Shown in pieces: positions 12,814 to 26,560 of a stretch of DNA of 64,000 bases. The position numbers and the translations under genes are program-made. This DNA comes from Selaginella moellendorffii (taxonomy: Eukaryota > Plantae > Lycopodiophyta): NCBI RefSeq assembly GCF_000143415.4, contig NW_003314320.1, positions 734,819-798,818 on the forward strand, given 5' to 3'. Below the pieces are notes generated by a model. The model made no database searches, was not told where the DNA came from, and worked only from the letters and a program-made list of their open reading frames with translations. The stretch's first letter is position 1, and each line of letters starts with the position of its first letter.

Positions 12814-14505
12814 ATGAAAAAAGAGATTATTGAGTGTTTAGAAGCACTCAAGTCATCAGAGTCTACAAGCTTTCAACAAGTAAAACAAGTTCACTCTCGT
12901 ATTGCAGAATCCCATGTTTTATGTAGAGACTCTCGTATAGTAAATCTTCTAATTCAAATCTATGGTAGCTTGGGATGCCTTGGCGAGGTATATTGCATTT
13001 TCAAGACCCTACACCGACCTAGCATATTATCCTGGAACATTGTCCTTGCGGCATATGCTCAAAATGGGTATCTTGAAGAAACAAAGTCTGTGTTTGATCG
13101 AATGCCCGAAAGAAACATTGTTTCCTTTACTACAGTCCTTTCGACATTTGCTAGTGCAGGCTTTATTGACTCAGCCAAGGAAGTCTTTGAGACAATGCCT
13201 GAAAGAAACGTAGTCTCATGGAATGCAATGCTGACTGCATTTTCCCAACAAGGGCATCTTGAGGATGCGCAGATTCTTTTTGAAAAGATGCCAGAACATA
13301 CTGCTGTGTCATGGAATGTGCTTATCAACGCTTATGCAGAGCGAGGAGTTTTAGAACGAGCTCAACTGGTGTTTGAAAACGTTCCCCAAAAGGATGTTTA
13401 TTGCTGGACTATTATGATCACTGCAAATGCCATCAAAGGAAATCTGGATAGCGCTTCTAAGCTCTTTCGAGATATGCCGCAACACAGCATTGTGACATGG
13501 ACGGCCATGGTACAGGCATTTGGAGAGAACGGGAATATCCAAGAATCTCTAAATTATTTCTCCAAAATGCCCGAGAGAAACTCTTTTGCATGGACGGCAT
13601 TGATCATAGCTCACATCCACGGGCGGGATTTGGATGGCGCTACAAGGACATTCCGGAATATGCCCGACCACAACATTGTCTCGTGGACGGCGATGATCCA
13701 CGCGCACGCGGAATGCGGCAACATCGACGGCGCCAAGGCCGTGTACGACACCATGCCTGAGAGAAACGTGGTGTCGTGTACGGCCATGCTGGTGGCATAC
13801 TCCCAGGCCGGACACGTGGACACGGCGCGTCGAGTGTTCGATTCCATGCCTTTCCACAACGTCGTGGCGTGGAATGCCATGGCGGCGGGATATGCCTGCC
13901 AGGGGGACCTTTGGACAGCCAGGATGATGATGCGCAGCTGCCCGGAGAGGAATGTGGTGTCGTGGACGGCTATGATGGCGTCGTACGCCCAGTACGGTCA
14001 CTTCAACATTTCGGAATCTTTCTTCCAGCGCATTCCGGGGCGGAATCTTGTCACCTGGAACGCGTTGATCGCCGCCGCCGCCCAATCCGGCCACGCACGC
14101 CTTGCGATCGAGCTCTTTCACGAGATGATCGTGGAATCGGTCGAGCCGGACGAGATCTCCTTCATGATCGCGCTCGCGGCGTGCGCCCACCTAGGGCTGC
14201 TGGATCTCGGGCGCAGCTACTTCGCGTCGATGCTGGTCGATCACGGCGGCGGCCTGGCGGCTTGCAAGGAGCACTACACCTCGATGGTGGATCTCCTGGG
14301 ACGCGCGGGCCAGATCGATGCGGCGGCGGAGCTGATCGACACAATGCCGTTCGTGCCCGGCGGAGTCTCCCTGGTCGCGATCCTGGGCTCGTGCCAGACG
14401 CAGCGAGATCTGCCGCGAGCGACACGGGCGGCCAGGAGATTGCTGGAGATTGATCCGCGCAACTCCAGCTCCCACGTCCTCCTGTCGAGCTCCCTCAGGA
14501 ATTAG
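12814..14505 (+). CDS. PLS-class pentatricopeptide repeat protein with E domain, no DYW
   Basis: Tandem ~31-aa repeats (MPERNVVSWNAML) and C-terminal HYTSMVDLLGRAG...MPF...P..SSSHVLLS. Confidence 0.92.
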   Translation: MKKEIIECLEALKSSESTSFQQVKQVHSRIAESHVLCRDSRIVNLLIQIYGSLGCLGEVYCIFKTLHRPSILSWNIVLAAYAQNGYLEETKSVFDRMPERNIVSFTTVLSTFASAGFIDSAKEVFETMPERNVVSWNAMLTAFSQQGHLEDAQILFEKMPEHTAVSWNVLINAYAERGVLERAQLVFENVPQKDVYCWTIMITANAIKGNLDSASKLFRDMPQHSIVTWTAMVQAFGENGNIQESLNYFSKMPERNSFAWTALIIAHIHGRDLDGATRTFRNMPDHNIVSWTAMIHAHAECGNIDGAKAVYDTMPERNVVSCTAMLVAYSQAGHVDTARRVFDSMPFHNVVAWNAMAAGYACQGDLWTARMMMRSCPERNVVSWTAMMASYAQYGHFNISESFFQRIPGRNLVTWNALIAAAAQSGHARLAIELFHEMIVESVEPDEISFMIALAACAHLGLLDLGRSYFASMLVDHGGGLAACKEHYTSMVDLLGRAGQIDAAAELIDTMPFVPGGVSLVAILGSCQTQRDLPRATRAARRLLEIDPRNSSSHVLLSSSLRN

Positions 14506-15075
14506 CGTTCCTGCGGTGAGAAGGAAATCCTCGTTGTCAATCCTGCCAACGTGGCACCGAACCGCGTCTCCACGTGGACACCATCGCTCTTTCCCACTTA
14601 CGTGTTCCTTCCTTCACGTATAAGCCAATATGTCTGTCCATTTTCAAGTAAGAATAGAGACAGGACACCGGATCGACTCCTGTCCGATTACGTAAGAAAA
14701 AGACGAGCTCGGGTAATGACATGGGCGGGGGAAAAGCGATAAAAATACGAACAGCATGTCATATCCGTTTTATCACAAAGGGCTTGATGCGAAGCTTCCC
14801 GGTGGTTTGAGGGATTTTCCCCGGACAAAGGGTGCCACGGAGGGTTTTTCCCTGCCACATCAGCATCTTCCCCAAGGGAAATCCCCTTGGAAATAATAGC
14901 TGGCAAAGGGAGGGGGGCAAATATACACACACGCGAGAGAGCCGAGAGAGAGAGAGGCGATGGCGCTGACGATCGGCAATGGCGCCACACCGCGCCGGGA
15001 GTGGCAATGCCAGTAGCTAGGCGTAGCGGCAGATCACAGGGATTTCTACGCGGGCGGCGCCATAGATCAGCCAAA

Positions 15076-17159
15076 ATGCAGGTCCACATCTCGCCTAGTA
15101 TGCGGCGCATCACGATTTCTACATCGAATGGCTTCCTGGATCCCTTGAAGATCAAGGTCGCGGCGCGCTACCTCTCGCATCGATGCCTCTTCTGGTCGAT
15201 TCTGTTCCTTGCCTTTTTGCTGCCTTTCATCTTCATTACCACGGCGCTCATCACGCTCGAGGAGGTCAACAAGTGCTCGTCAATGTGTAAGCTCCTCGAT
15301 CCTTTTCTTGCGCCAATCCATCGTTCTCCCTCTCTTTTCTCTCTCTCTCTTTCTATCTTTCCAATTAGCTATAGAAAACGCGTGGTGCTGCGATGGATTG
15401 GCTCTTTCCCGGCGCAACGCTTGGATCTTTCGATCGACTGATTGGCAACGCTTGGATCTTGGTTTTGCAGATTGCTTAGGGAGGAAAATAGGACCCAAGC
15501 TTCATTGGAGGAGCGATCCCACGGTGAGTTCTTGTCGAGCACTCTCCTTTTTATTATTCGCGGCCGCTCGGCCGTGGTCAAACAGTAGAGACGCGTAGTA
15601 ACGGGATTTTTTTCTATGTGGGCAGAGGCAATCCAGACATGTCCACTCCATCGTCATGCAAGCGTCAAAGTCGGATCTCCCCGCGGGCGAAAACGTGCCA
15701 GAGAGTTTTAGTGAGTTTGTGGCCGAGGTGGAGGCGAATCGCTACGATGGCAAGACGTGCATTCTAAAGCTCAAGGCTATGGTAAGTTCTTTCTCCATGA
15801 TTTTCCTCTAGAAGTTCTTCATGTCTTTGTTCTCCCTCTCACAGTTGGAACTTCAAGAGCAACGAACGAGAACTGCTAAGCTGCAAGAAGCAGTATACAG
15901 GCATTTTGCTTCTAGCGGGATTCCAAAGAGTATGCACTGTCTTGCGTTAAAACTTACTGCCGAGTACTCGTCCAATGCTAATGCCAGAAGAGAGCTGCCA
16001 TCGCCCGAGCTTACGTACAGACTGACCGATCATTCTTTCCACCACTTTGTCCTGGCCACGGACAATGTGCTCGCGGCCTCTGTGGTTGTATCGTCGGTCA
16101 TTCGAAACAGCGCGCAGCCTCAGAAGGTGGTGTTCCACGTTGTGACTGACAAGAAGACGTATGCTGCGATGCATGCGTGGTTCGCTTTGAATCCGCTGCC
16201 TCCTGCGATCGTCGAAGTGAAGAGCTTGCATCAGTTCGAGTGGCTCACCAAGGACAACATTCCGGTTCTGGAGGCTATGGAGAATCATAGCGACATTCGC
16301 AGATACTACCACGGGGATCATACTGCTGGTGCCGACTTAAATGTTTCTCCGACCATTTTAGCATCGCGGCTGCAGGCTCGAAGTCCCAAGTATATCTCCA
16401 TCTTGAACCACCTGAGGATATATCTTCCAGAGGTAAGCTTTTGCTGCGAAATTGAGATCATTTATTGACCGGTTTCTTCTTTTGTTCTCGGCAGCTGTTT
16501 CCTGAGCTTGACAAAGTCGTGTTCTTAGACGACGATGTCGTGGCTCAGAAGGACTTGTCTCCATTATTTGGAATCGATCTCAATGGCAGAGTTAATGGAG
16601 CCGTAGAAACCTGCCGAGGGGAGGACCCGTATGTTATGTCCAAGAGGTTCAAGACTTACTTCAACTTCTCGCATCCTCTCATAGCAAATCACTTCGACCC
16701 GGAAAAATGCGCCTGGGCGTATGGGATGAACGTATTTGATTTGCAAGCTTGGAGGAGAACGGACATAACCAAGACATATCACTACTGGCAAAAGCAGGTT
16801 CGTTTGTCTTGCCATTACAGTTTGTTTTTTTGTTTTTTTCTTCTCTAACGCATGCTGTCTGACGTTGTTTATAGAATCTCAACTCTAACTTGACACTATG
16901 GAGACTAGGTACTTTGCCTCCGGCACTGATTGCTTTCGATGGCTACGTATATCCTATAGACTCCCAATGGCATATGTTGGGCCTGGGTTACCATGTCAAG
17001 AGCAACCTGGACAGCGTTCAAAAGGCCGCTGTGATTCACTACAACGGGCAAGCAAAGCCGTGGCTGGACATCGGGTTCTCAGTGCTAAGGCCGTTTTGGA
17101 CGAAGTATGTAAACTACTCGAACGAGTTCATTAGGCGGTGTAATATTTTGGAAACTTAG
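15076..17159 (+). CDS. GAUT: Galacturonosyltransferase, GT8 family (GAUT12/13/14-like), multi-exon
   Basis: MQVHISPSMRRITIS N-terminus, TM helix, HCLALKLTAEY, VFLDDDVV (DxD), LGTLPP, VIHYNGQAKPW. GT-AG introns. Confidence 0.93.
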
Positions 17160-18103
17160 GACGAGATGCCATCTCTGTTCATACCATTCTTTGGAGGAGA
17201 GGTACCGCAGCAATTATCATCGTCATCTTCGTCATCGTCATCTCATCCACACGGGAATAAAAGGATTTAGCAGCAACTTTTTTTTTAAGCTCGGTCCATC
17301 GTCGTCACGGTGAAAGAGGGTCGTTACTTCAGTGCTACTGGCTGCCGCCATCACGTTTCTTTGCTTGGTTTTAAGAAGCGAGAGGCAGGCACGCAAAGCA
17401 TCGAAGATTTTGAGATATATTTCAGTGAAAGAAAAGAGGTGAAGTTACTGGTTTCCAGGTAACCAAAAGAGAGGTCGCTCAATTATTTCGGTTCGGTGCA
17501 TTACTTTGATACTTTCTCCTTTCTTTAACGACTTGATAGTGCTTGCAGTGTCTTAAAAGAGTATTTTAAGGACTCTCGTTACTTTTAAGTTGCGCTTCTA
17601 CTGGACAGCACACATGAAAAGAGGCATGGCACGGCAGCATTGTGGGCGCAAGGCAACGGGCTTAATGACGAGAATCCAAGGTGCGTGAGTGAGCTTTACT
17701 TTTCTTTCCAGTTGCCAGGATGTAAGATAACTAGTAGTGGCGAGAGACCGCGACACATATTTTATGCTGCAATAAGCAGACAAATGTGTACTGGGACCAG
17801 CCTTTCAGGATTCTGATTGCAGCAGCATGTTCACATCACGACGACTTAATGGTCTCGAGGAAACGTTTTCTCACCTTTATCTTGGAAGCTCCGTACAACA
17901 GTCTCCCGGAATGCAAAAGTAGGGAGCATCAGCAAGCACAGGGCAGAGAAAGAATGGGCTCGAAAGGAAAGATTTGTGGAGCAATTTGTCCTGGCGCTAC
18001 TTACCAGTACTTTTCCTTTAGGACTCGGATGTGCTGGTGTTGCTGTTCTTGCTGGATGGGATGGAACAAATTCTCAAGGTACTCAAAACAAAACATATCT
18101 TTT

Positions 18104-19901
18104 TTATTTGCGACCTTTCTCATTATCTTGCTGCTTAGGTGGTGACGGTGCTGTCGGTGCTGCACCACCTGTTGTAGGCCTGCAAAAGGAAGAAGGTTGT
18201 GATCATGAGACTATCAAATCAATGGGATGTAGTGTATAGTAAAGGGATGAAGGAAACAGGCAGACAGGCAGGGGGGCAGGCAGGCTCGAAGAAAATTCAA
18301 GGCTCAGCAAAGCTCAGTTCAGCAGGGATCAGGGGAACTTACAATCCAACAAAAACTTTGAAGGCGTCGTAGATCCCCCATTGTGCTCCTGTCAGCGTCC
18401 CGACCATGACAATCCGGAGAGGGAGACCTCTGGTCATCAAGCCAACGAGTCCCATCTTTTTAATAGCCTGCAAGCGAGCAACGTGACAAGAATGATTGGT
18501 GGTTTTATACCACAGGTGTTGAAGCAGCAGTACCAGCAGCAGCAACAGGTAGTTTAGAAGGATTTTCTAGCGACAGGATTATTTAGGATAAGCTGACTTA
18601 CGTCGCCGACTGTTCCGCCTTTGGTGCTGTTGAGGAAGGAGACGAGATTGTCTGCCGGATGGGAAACTACTGCACAGAAAATACCAGCAATGTATCCGGC
18701 TGCGAAGCTAACTTCCAGTTGCGTGAGCTTGGAGCATTTCTCCTTTGGTACCGGGACGACGTACTTGTAGAGGGCCTCCACCGTGCCTTCGAAGCAAGCA
18801 AACTTCATCATCGTGTCTGCGAGGAGATGAAGGGAAAATAAGTTATGGTCAGGATTCAACTCAGCAGGTGGAAAGAATGGATCATTACAGGGAATTTGTC
18901 GACCCCACAGTGGCGCAAGTCCCTTGTACAACCTGCGATACATCCAAAGGACACTCACGAGGTTAGTCGCAACTTTATATTATCATTTTAAGGTGTGTTG
19001 TGACTTTGCTTTTAATGTTTAGTTGGAAGCCGCAAGAATGTACCCGCCGTATCCTTCTTGTGCCACAAACTTCGAAAACCCATCCCTCAGTCCGTTAGCA
19101 AAGCCGGGCTTGGTCTGCACACGGACCTTGATCGCTTCGAACGGGCACAGAGCGATATCGGCGAAGAACTCCGCGGATGCTGAGCCGGCCAGGTAGACGA
19201 ATGTCTTGTAGTCGTGGGCGACTTCCTCTCCAACCATGTCAGCGTAAAACTTTTTGAAAAACTCGTACAGCCCGAACTTGCAGGCTCCCTGTGCGCTGTA
19301 GCCGATGAGAGTCGGCCCCCAGCCTTTGAACAGGCCCTTGGGACCTTGCTCCTGTTTGATGATGGAGAAGCCGGTCCCTATGCTCTTATACTTCTTCGGA
19401 TCAATCTGTAAGTGGTTTTGAATTGTTTTTTTTTTTAGTTTCTCCATTCGTTGTTTTAACTCCTTTTCAGGCTCGTACCTGCATGTTACACTTGACGATG
19501 TCCAATGGCGTCACGAAAGTGTGGGTGAGGCCACAACTTAGAATCCCTCCGGCGGTGCAAGCAGCGTAAAACTCGGCCGAGTAGAGTGGGATCTTCCCCG
19601 GCTCGCTCGCCGCAGGTATGAAGAATCCTCCTCTTTGTCCATCCGCTGACACCGGTGGTGCGTTCTTTCTCTCCCCGCCAGGACGCAGCATCGCTCTTAT
19701 GCTTCTCGGTGGCGAGAAAATCCCGGACAAAGATTTCCGCCATGAGGAGAGCCGAGTGGGACTGGACGATGGAGGAGAAGGCGACAGCAAGTCCGAGCTT
19801 GCGGAGGGTCTCAGGGAAGAGAAAGCGCTGCCGTGGTACAAATGCGTGGGTAAGTACGGCCTTCTCGTCGTCTCATCCCTGTGAGTTATAACTCCCAACA
19901 T
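18104..19901 (-). CDS. PHT3: Mitochondrial phosphate carrier, multi-exon
   Basis: [62 protein letters not shown]; last exon PTTGG...RK*. Confidence 0.93.
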
Positions 19902-20184
19902 TCTTGGAATTCTCAGGCTGCCAGCGTCTGGGCCCCTCCTGGAAGATTTGCCATGGAATCGTCCTCACCTCTCTGCCTCGCGAATCAAAATTCTGTGCCA
20001 TCGATCGCCACCAAATCCATCGCCCATGTCGAGAAAAATTTGTTCCACTTGCCCGGACACGGGTCTCTTAACCGCCAATCTAGGTTAACATAAAAACTCA
20101 AAACTCGTTTAAGTTATTTGAAAATCTCCCGCGCAAAAATTGTCCACAGCGCTAAAAAAAGTTTATATACTGTGATGACGCTTC

Positions 20185-23182
20185 TCACGAGGATAGCTTC
20201 CGTGCCGCCGCCTTCCTCTTTGTACTGTCCAGATACTTTTTACGAAGTCGGATTGCTTTGGGAGTCACCTAGAAAAAAAAAATGCAAAAAAAGAAAAAAG
20301 ATTTTTCCAAGAAAGCAATTACCTCAATCAGCTCGTCCGCTGCAACGTATCCAATAGCTTCCTCCAGAGTGACCTGACCAACAAAACAATTTGCGTGTAA
20401 GTGATCTCTAGCGAAACAAACGAAAAGCTCTTGTTACCAGTCTCGGGGGAGTGAGCTTGACGTTTTCATCTTTCCCAGGAGCACGTATGTTTGTCAGCTC
20501 TTTCGCTTTCACAGGATTCACCTGCAAGTTTAGTGGCTGTTAGCGGCGGAAATTTTTCGAAGAAGAGCGCAGTGATTTACGTCGAGGTCCGCGTCTCTAC
20601 AGTGTTCTCCTACGATCATGCCTTCGTATGCCTGTGGGCGTTTTTGCCAGAGAAGGAAGTCAATCTCGAGTTTGTTTAAAAAAGTACCTCGTCCCCCGGT
20701 GGAACAAACATGGTGCCTCGAGACTCTAGTCCCATTAGAGCATACGCGGTGATTACTCCTTGTGCAGTGGAGACCTGTGTAAACAAAGACGAGCTGATTA
20801 AAGCGCGTGGTAAACTTCGAGAAGACTTACCAAAACTCCTCGCCTGACATTTCCAACTGGACCTCGAAATTTGTCATAAGCTACAGGAAGCCAGGTACAG
20901 AAAGTCAGAAGAGAAAAATGTTAAAAGAAAATGGCACTGACATAAGAAAGCCCGATGCATGAAACCTGTGCCATGGGTGATGGTGCTAAACGAGCTTCGA
21001 TAGCCGACCAAGCCTCTGTTTGATTTTTTACGACAAATTTTTAGTCAAAGCTCAAACCATGAAATATTTTACCTTGATGGACAAGTGAAAGTCATTGTAG
21101 TGCGACCAACAGACTCGGGGCATGGCGACATGTCAAGAAGTTCCGCACGCCTATGAGTAAGGGACTCGATAACTGTTCCAGAATGTTCATCGTTCACCTG
21201 AGGTGGTTTAAGTCAATCTCTATAAACACTGTTCCACATTTGAAATACCTCGATTCGAAGTTCTTCTATAGGTTCTAGTTTTTGGCCGTTTTCAGTCTTA
21301 TAGCTGCAGGAAATACACAGGATAAGAACCGTTTATATAACGAGGACGAAGTATCGCTTACAGAACTGCGGGTGGCGAAACAGATAGCTCAAAACCTTCT
21401 CGTCGCATGTTTTCTATCAAAATTCCTGCACCGGGAATCATCAAACCATTCTTAAACCATTCTTAAAAAGAAAAGAAAATTACCGAGTTGCAGCTCGCCT
21501 CTGCCCTGTACTTCATAAGCGTCATTCGAGGTTGATCTGAGAACTTTAATGGACACATTGGATTCTTCTTCAGCCTTTAGACGATCGCCAATCTTGGGTC
21601 CTGTGAGCTAACAATGAAAAGCTAGTATCAGCCAAATCAAGCAAATCTTGGCAGCTTACTTGTTTTCCATCCTTCCCCGCAAGCGGTGAATCATTAACAC
21701 TGAAAGTCATAGATATTGTCGGCGGGTCCACTTTCACCGCAGGTAAAGCTTCCTTTACCTACATTGTGCGTGCACTGGCATAAAAAGCTTGTCGAGAAAA
21801 AGTAGCAACTAACCTCCACTGAAGCCACAGTATTCCCAATATATGGTTGAGCAAGACCCGCAATAGACACAATATCTCCCGCGCCAGCGCAGTCGGCCAC
21901 TTCAGATGCAACGCCTTTCTTTTTCAAAATCTTGACAATCTGCTCGTAAAAGTGTAAGTCACAGCTCTTTAAAACCAAAGGACTTACTTTCCCTTCGTTA
22001 AATGTTTCGCTGATATCAGTGTCTTCCTTTTTGCGTATTCCATGGACTCTGTCACCCGGTTTCACAGTCCCTGAGTAAATCCGTCCAGTCAATATGCGAC
22101 CAAAATATGGATCATGCTCCATCATTGTGACCTGCGCTACTTGTGAAATAAAGGAAAACATCTGAAACTACACTGCCTCTTACCACCATTTGAAATGGCG
22201 CATGTAGATCACACTTTGGTGGAGGAACATATTTTACAATTGTATCGAGAAGCGGAGCCATAGTGGGTTCTCCTTCTGGTGCCTTTGTGAACGTAGAAGA
22301 AGCCCATCCCTCCTTGGCAGAAGCGTACAAAACTGGAAAGTCTAGTTGCTCCTCTGTAAAACAAGGAAGAAGAAAAATTAAACGAGTGAAGGCTGGGAAA
22401 AATTACTGCTTACCGGTAGCACCAAGGTTTGCAAAGAGATCAAAAACCATGCTTTCCACTTCTCCGCACCTTTCTTCCGTAACTAGAGAATGAAAAAACA
22501 AAAGCATCACAATTTTTCCAAGGAGTCGTATCTACATACCTGACGGACGATCGACCTTGTTGAGCAGCAATATAGGACGAATCCCCGACTTTAGAGCTTT
22601 GGCGACCACAAACTTTGTTTGTGCAAGGGGCCCCTCGCCAGCATCGACAACGAGCACAGCTCCATCAACCATGCCAATAACTCGTTCAACCTGTCAAAAG
22701 AAGAAGGAAATTTCTAAACAGGAACGACGAAGAAACTTTCATACCTCTCCACCAAAATCTGCGTGACCAGGAGTATCAACAATGTTGAGAGAACTGGTTC
22801 CCCAGATCATAGAAGTATACTGCCAAGAGCACACACTCTTAGCGCAAGAAGAAAAAAAAAAAAAAAAACGAATGCATACCTTGGAAGCAATTGTGATACC
22901 ACGCTCCCTCTCGAGCGTGATGGAATCCAAAGTTCTATCTCTGGCGACAATTGCCCCGCACTGCCTGAGAAGCCTATCCATGAGAGTCGTCTTACCGTGA
23001 TCGACGTGCGCAATCACAGCCAGATTCCGGATCAAAGAAGGGCTCGTCACTCGCTCCGCCGGATTCGAATCCGCGGAGGAGGCGGCGGCCACGGCGAAAT
23101 GCCTGCTCCAGCGCCACAACGCCGCCGCCCTGGAACCGCAGAATCCATCGGCAGTGGCGCTCCACAGCGCCCTGCGCAGCAT
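20185..23182 (-). CDS. TYPA: TypA/BipA translational GTPase, probably organelle-targeted, many exons
   Basis: [42 protein letters not shown] and C-terminal [10 protein letters not shown]. Arg/Ala-rich N-terminus. Confidence 0.92.
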
Positions 23183-23639
23183 TTCTCTCCCGCCGAGAGA
23201 GAGATATTTCCCACCCTAGGGTTCTTGGCAGGGTTTATGGACGAGAGAAGAAAGAAGAATGGCGCGATTAGTGAGAAGCACGGATCCTGAGCTGCCGATT
23301 CGAGCAGCGCGCAGGTTATGCGAGGCGCGAGCTCTGCCAGGGATCGAAATTGACCATCGTTGACTCTTCTCGGTCAAACCCCAGGAATTTTTCTAAAGGC
23401 CAAAAGTTAACCAAAAGTTTAATGTTTTGTTCCTTTTTATGTTTCTACTTAACTCTGATCTGTGAAGTTATATTTCCAATGTCCTTGCGAGAAAAGCTCT
23501 AATAATGTTTCTAGATGATTTTACTTCCTTGGTGGGACAGAGAACTTTAATGAGTTTTATTTGCTTTGATCTGTGAAGCAATGATCTTATTTCCTTGATG
23601 AGAGAGATACTCCAACTTATTGGTTGTGAGGACTTTAAC

Positions 23640-24124
23640 TCAATTGCCCGATCGGTGAGTCAAGCCGGAGGCGTGCGTTGCCGTTCGCGTGCTCACCTCT
23701 GGACGCTGCTCGTTGGCCTTGAATCGCCCCACGGCCGAGTCCATGGTGGTGCTTACATGCTCGCAGATGGCCACCATGTCCAACAACGCATCCTTGAAAA
23801 CCTCCTTGCCTGGCGCACCTTTTCAACATTGAAATGATCAAAAGCATCACTCTCGTGATCAAGAACTATGGTTATAACATGAGAAACAATCTACCTGTTG
23901 TTTGGACTCTCACATTCACCTTGTTCTCGGACGGGTGAGGGACGCTGTAGCCACAGAACACCACCCTAGGGCTGCACACAGAGAAAACAGAATCAAGAAA
24001 TTCATTCCTTTCATGGCTATTCAAACTCTTTGTTGAGGAGGAATCGCAACGAGTTGCCCAAGGTGTGATCTTCGCCATTGAAGCAGAATGTAGATGAATG
24101 GGACTCCTCCGAACCAAGCTCCAT
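23640..24124 (-). CDS. RPAC2: RNA polymerase I/III shared subunit AC19, 3 exons
   Basis: TFCFNGEDHTLGNSLRF and FCGYSVPHPSENKVNVRVQT. Confidence 0.88.
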
Positions 24125-24369
24125 GGCCGAAAGCGCTCTAATTCAAGAGCTAAGGCTCCAATCTCACAAGCAAACCAAGAATATTTTAATTGTCATGAGA
24201 ATATGCTGGACGTAACTCTCGAGTAGATCGTTGATGCAAACGCTTTGCCAATACTAGCAAAACTTGTTTGACCAAATGAGAGGGACATGGGTCTTGATCA
24301 ACGATAATGACATACATACTTATTACATAACAATAGACGTACAGACACAGATAAATGGTAGATTTTTCG

Positions 24370-26170
24370 CTACTCCTCCAGCAACGACGACCGGGAAATC
24401 CTAGCGTGTGCATTTTTCGCCTACACTACAATTGCATAAGCTTTCGAAACAAAAGGTGTGAATGATTTTACCTGGTTTTCCCAGTTCATAAAAAATGTGA
24501 GGAAGCAAAGGATTATCGTCTGAGTCGCATTTCCGCAAGCTATTCCAATCCACAACCCCTGAACATATATGTAGAACACGAATATTAAGGATCACAAGTT
24601 TGTGTCGTCTTACCATCCCATAGAACTTAAAAACAAAACCAAGAACCACGGCTGTCGGCAAGCCAACAACGTAGAAAGCCGTGAGATTTGCCAAAGCTCC
24701 CACGGCTTGCCATCCGCAACCTCTGACGACTCCTATATGTAAAAAGGTTGATCACAAGCGAGGATTACTTGGAAGCATAAATTACCTCCAAGCACGCATT
24801 GGATGGGATCACAAGCTGCGATGAGAAAGGCCACCTTGAGCAAGCTTGCAATGTGTTCGACCACGTCCGTTTCGTTACTGTAGACCCATCCGATGCTTTT
24901 CCGAAATGCTAGAAACACTACCACCGACAGAATCGAGTTCAAGGCCGCCATGCACAAAGTAACTCCCACTGCTGATTTTGCGACCAAGTGATTTCCAGCT
25001 CCAAGCTCATTTGCAACACGAGTGCTGGGTCGAAGAAAAAATAAATTTGCTTGTTTGTTGAAAATGTAGAAATTTACCTGACAGCTGCACTGAAACCCGA
25101 AGGGATCATATAAAATGTGACTAACGTGCTCATTCTGAACGCAAAGCAAGGTTAATACGTAAGTCACAGAGATATTTCTTACATGCTAGCGAATGACGAA
25201 GTCTCGAGTTGAGGATTTGGCAATAGTCCCGATAAGAGAGTCAAGATTTCAAAAGAGCAAGCTTCAAAACTGCATAAGCAAATGAAGTTTCAGCTAGCAT
25301 CTCCTTGAAGCCCTACGTACCATATCATCACAGTCGCTGGGATCGCAAGCTTGAAAAACCCTCTAAAATCGTGGAGAGCATTCTTCGTGATCCCTGTGAA
25401 AGTTGTTTTGCAAGTCGAGGAGAACTTTATATATGCCAGTAGCATTAGAGCGTTGAGCCAGTATGAGATGCTCACACATATAGCAGCTCCTTTGGCACCG
25501 ATGTGAAGCTGGTAGATGAAAATCCAGCACAAAAAGACGTGGACGATCGCTGTGATCAAGGAGAATATTGCCATGGGGGCAACTACATATTGGGCCTGTA
25601 AAAACTTCACGGACGGCCATACGAGCGCAGATCCAAACAGGCCTGGCACCAAAAACCTTGCATACTCTTCAGTGTGGGAGGAAATAAGGGGATCTTGTCC
25701 AAGAGCTCGAAGAACATCTCCAATGTAAAACCACAGTATTGAGATTGGTATGCTTATGAGCAGTAGAACAAAGATTGCTCTTTGTAGATAAACTCCAAGC
25801 AAGCTATGCTGCTTTGCACCATATGCCTGGCCACAAAGTGTCTCCAGCGCAGCCGACATTCCCATCTATAGAAATTACTAAAAATCATCAGAAAACCCTG
25901 CTCATGAGACAAAGTGGACCTTACAAGGATAATGAATCCTGTGACATTGCAAGATGAGCTCGCTAGCGATGCACTAGCGAGTGATAACTTGCCCAGATGC
26001 CCCACGAACATCACCGATGAGATTGGGACAATGAAATTGAGAATACCCACGACAATCATGGGTCCTGCGATCACAACTTGCATCTTTACTTCTCTCCATA
26101 CCTCAAACTTTGCAGGATCACTGCGGGATTGAGCCTCCGGATCATCCAGCAGCGGCTGCTGGAGCGCCAT
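24370..26170 (-). CDS. MATE/DETOXIFICATION efflux transporter, multi-exon
   Basis: [51 protein letters not shown]. Confidence 0.93.
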
Positions 26171-26498
26171 TATCTGGATATGGAGCGCCTTGTATTCACA
26201 ACTGGGCCTCTATGTAATGTGACCCATTAAAACGATTTTGTTTTTATTCTTTTTTGGCTGTGTCCTTCGCCTTCGCATTTATATAGTTCTGAGGCTGATA
26301 ATTTACTCTATATTCTGAAGAAACTACGTGCTTTGTATAAAATTAATATATTCTATTTTGTAGGTTATAATCTAAAATTCAAATTTAAATTATGTAGCTA
26401 TCAAGGGTCCCAGAGAAGAGCACAACAGGCCAGAGTTTGGAGAAATTTCTTCTTCCCCTGGACAGAAAGAGGAGAGAAAAAGAGCCACAAGAAACACG

Positions 26499-26502
<4 letters not shown>

Positions 26503-26558
<56 letters not shown>
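26503..26558. repeat. (AG)28 microsatellite
   Basis: Directly visible. Confidence 0.97.

Positions 26559-26560
<2 letters not shown>

Noticed and set aside
13549-14475. Several antisense and alternative-frame ORFs in the PPR gene
   Set aside because: These are shadow ORFs caused by high GC3, with no recognisable domains.
14887-15075. N-terminal extension of the GAUT ORF
   Set aside because: The track ORF uses a non-ATG start; the conserved family N-terminus begins at MQVHISP (15076).
17598-18100. Short ORFs between GAUT and PHT3
   Set aside because: They have no recognisable homology and are probably UTR or intergenic sequence.
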